Origin: Methanobacterium sp.
Lineage (GTDB): Archaea; Methanobacteriota; Methanobacteria; Methanobacteriales; Methanobacteriaceae
Reading direction: 5' to 3'
Assembly (NCBI GenBank): GCA_003166335.1
Contig: PMWA01000096.1
Location: 1 to 23,252, forward strand
DNA length: 23,252 bases
Shown here: piece after piece, positions 21,099 to 23,252 of the stretch
How positions within the stretch are numbered: the first letter of the stretch is position 1
Layout of the letters: every line of letters starts with the position of its first letter
The notes under the pieces: model-generated
What the model was told of the DNA's origin: nothing
Databases searched by the model: none
Seen by the model: the letters and a program-made list of their open reading frames with translations, nothing else
Position numbers and translations under genes: made by a program

Positions 21099-21243
21099 AA
21101 CTATTATTTATCTACACTAAAATTAATAAAATTATGGGGTTATGCTTCAGTTTCATAAAAAAAAAATTTTTTCGAAAAATAATTTATAATAATAAATATC
21201 ATAATATTAATTTGCAGTAAAAAGAATTAAAGTGATTCTAAAC

Positions 21244-21404
21244 ATGAAAAAATATCAATGCTCCCCCTGTCAATATATATACGACCCCAAAGAAGGAGAC
21301 CCAGATATGGAGTAACTCCTGGAACAGCCTTCGAAGATCTGCCCGACGATTGGATATGTCCATTATGTGGAGTTAGAAAAGATTTATTTGAAGAAAAAGA
21401 TTAA
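21244..21404 (+). pseudogene. rubredoxin with a 1-nt frameshift (pseudogene or sequence error)
   Basis: ATG at 21244 gives [23 protein letters not shown] then TAA (21313-21315). The shifted frame from 21309 gives [31 protein letters not shown] then TAA (21402-21404). Both CxxC motifs are intact, and adding one base gives a 53-aa rubredoxin. Confidence 0.93.
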
Positions 21405-21405
21405 A

Positions 21406-21416
21406 TTTTTTTTTTT
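21406..21416 (+). terminator. oligo-T terminator after rubredoxin
   Basis: T11 run starting 2 nt after the stop codon. Confidence 0.5.
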
Positions 21417-21630
21417 AATCTAACTTTTAGATTATTTTAATTTAGAATTAAACAATTATTTGAAACTTTAATTAAAAATAAGTTTTAATTAAAATTTTTT
21501 CAATTTACTGAGGCTCCTGAATTACAAGTTCTTTATCAGTCATGAAGTCTCTCCACAGGTTAAATAGGAAATGTTAAATATTAAAAACAGCAAAAGAATA
21601 TTCAAGTAAAATTTAGGAGCCAATTTATTT

Positions 21631-21825
21631 ATGGTGGAAAAACCTGCTGATGAACCTACAATTACCGCAAAACTTGTTGTAACATTGATTATTGTTGTTT
21701 TAGCAATTTTCTATGTATTTGTGATAGCAGGGATTGCTGTTATATTAATTATATTCTTTATATTATGGTTACGCAAAGAAATAACGTCGAAAAACTTAAG
21801 AAACGGGGATAAAAAAATCACATAA
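21631..21825 (+). CDS. small hypothetical membrane protein
   Basis: AGGAG SD upstream; about 35 uninterrupted hydrophobic residues followed by a basic tail (positive-inside pattern). Confidence 0.6.
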   Translation: MVEKPADEPTITAKLVVTLIIVVLAIFYVFVIAGIAVILIIFFILWLRKEITSKNLRNGDKKIT

Positions 21826-21881
21826 AAAATCTTAGGCACAAAAAATAAATCTCAAAAATTTTGGATAAAAAGTAAAGATTT

Positions 21882-22529
21882 TTAATTCAAATTTTCTATT
21901 AATTGTTTCCAAACATTAACTCTTTTCACTGGTTCACCATGAGCAGGACAAACCCAATTAAAAGAATAACCATCTAATTTTTTAATAGATTCTTTAATAG
22001 CATCTTCATCCACATTCATAAAAGACGATATAGTTTGTAACTGTCCCTTACTACTTCTAACCAGATCACCTGCAAAAAGAACATCCTTATAAATGAGACA
22101 CACATGACCAGGGGTATGACCGGGAGTAGCTATAACCTCAACATCATCAATTTTATCATTCCCATAACTTTTAAGGTTTTCAGGCTTTTTAAATCTCATA
22201 AAAAATGATAAAAATGAGAATAATCCTTTAACTCCCGGACGATTAACATCACCATAAATATAAGGTATATCCTCTTTAGAAGCCCATAAAGTTGCTCCAG
22301 TCGCCTGCTGAAGTAAAGCAGCATTACCTATATGATCAATATCATGATGAGTGAATAAAATATGTTTAATATCTCCCGGTTTAATATTCATAGATTCCAA
22401 TTCATTTAAAATACCTTTACCCTGACCCGGACGTCCAGTATCCACCAAAATATTTTCATCACCAGAAATTAAATATGAATAATTCCCCTTAGTCGAATCC
22501 AAGGCATAAACATCATCAGTTATTTTCAT
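21882..22529 (-). CDS. metallo-beta-lactamase-fold hydrolase
   Basis: LVDTG, THHDIDHIG, TPGHTPGH, AGD and PAHG motifs. The real start is probably ATG at 22529 (MKITDDVY) after GGGAG, not the track's 22562. Confidence 0.88.
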   Translation of the reverse strand: MKITDDVYALDSTKGNYSYLISGDENILVDTGRPGQGKGILNELESMNIKPGDIKHILFTHHDIDHIGNAALLQQATGATLWASKEDIPYIYGDVNRPGVKGLFSFLSFFMRFKKPENLKSYGNDKIDDVEVIATPGHTPGHVCLIYKDVLFAGDLVRSSKGQLQTISSFMNVDEDAIKESIKKLDGYSFNWVCPAHGEPVKRVNVWKQLIENLN

Positions 22530-22709
22530 ATTTTCCAACTCCCAAAAATTTCTGATTATCATTGCTTAAATTTGGAGCGAATACATAAATAAAACTTAAA
22601 TCTTTAAAAGAAAAACTGATGCCAGCTATCTGGATGTAAACTATAAACAATACTGTTGAAGTTTTAGAAAATGAAACTATAGATTCTGGAGTAAAATCTA
22701 TAATCAATT

Positions 22710-23252
22710 TTATTCTGTGAATTTTTCAAGAACTTTTTTAGTAGAATCTCTTTTACTCAGAATTGATATTTTATCCCCATATTTTAATACCATTTCAGGT
22801 TTGCATATAGTAATTTTATCGTCATTATTCTCGCAGTATCCACATATGATGTAATCGTCGGTAGGACTCAATTCATTAATGGTTTTACCTATAATATCAT
22901 CGTTTTTTACTTCTATCTCTAATATTTCAGCTTGCCCTTTATCCACCACGTATAAATCGGCAACTTGTGGTTTTAAAATAAGTTTCTCCAGATAACCGGC
23001 TTCAGTGGTTTCTGGGCGTATTATTTCCACCATGGCACTGTCTTGAAAAACTTTTTCATGCTGAGGATCATTCACCCTGGCAATTATTTTATCAGGTTTA
23101 TATTCTTTAGCTAAAAGAGCTGCCATCAAATTAGCATTATCATCACCCGTAGCAGCTACAAAAACATCGGCATCCTCTATCTGAGCATCCTCAAGGATTT
23201 TATAATCAGTTCCATTACCCCAGATCACCACAGTATCCAATTCTTGCGCAAC
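22710..23252 (-). CDS. trkA: TrkA-family K+ uptake regulatory subunit (RCK_N + RCK_C), 5' end outside the window
   Basis: VIWGNGTD..LEDAQIEDADVFVAATGDDNANL, IIARVND, and a C-terminal RCK_C (IIGKTINEL...LKYGDKI). The frame stays open to the window edge (VAQELDT...). Confidence 0.88.
   Translation of the reverse strand, partial: VAQELDTVVIWGNGTDYKILEDAQIEDADVFVAATGDDNANLMAALLAKEYKPDKIIARVNDPQHEKVFQDSAMVEIIRPETTEAGYLEKLILKPQVADLYVVDKGQAEILEIEVKNDDIIGKTINELSPTDDYIICGYCENNDDKITICKPEMVLKYGDKISILSKRDSTKKVLEKFTE

Noticed and set aside
20919..21158. 79-aa plus-strand ORF
   Set aside because: Mostly antisense to msrB, with no motifs.
21168..21179. MsvR operator between msrB and rubredoxin
   Set aside because: As I recall it, the MsvR box is TTCG and CGAA separated by a spacer; here the halves overlap as TTCGAA, so the match is not supported.
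22516..22707. 63-aa minus-strand ORF between trkA and the MBL hydrolase
   Set aside because: No recognisable motif or clear SD, and it overlaps the hydrolase start. It cannot be fully excluded but is unsupported.

Overview
AT-rich archaeal chromosomal DNA that looks like Methanobacterium/Methanobacteriales, judged from gene content, GGAGG/GGTGA Shine-Dalgarno (SD) sites, frequent TTG/GTG starts and oligo-T terminators. Left block (1-6002): top6B (partial, absent from the ORF track), Dim2/PNO1 KH protein, RIO1 and aIF-1A on the minus strand, then divergent moeA and a PH-domain membrane protein with a perfect 49-bp tandem duplication at its 3' end. Middle block (6025-12465, minus): a kdpA-kdpB-kdpC-kdpD K+-pump operon with no recognisable kdpF and no kdpE in the window. 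KdpD keeps its N-terminal Walker A/B domain, Usp domain, TM bundle and GAF domain but stops before the histidine-kinase module. Right block: geranylgeranyl-reductase-family gene, trm11, cimA, cgi121, a PLP-dependent enzyme, an Nre DNA-repair gene, msrB, a frameshifted rubredoxin (absent from the ORF track), a small membrane protein, an MBL-fold hydrolase and a partial trkA. The best candidate for an undescribed system is the kdp locus. By inference it may be regulated without two-component signalling, through a stand-alone KdpD serine kinase (possibly c-di-AMP sensing) acting on the KdpB TGES serine, plus a leader carrying an SD-led 47-codon uORF and an anti-SD element. No rRNA, tRNA, CRISPR array or transposase was seen.
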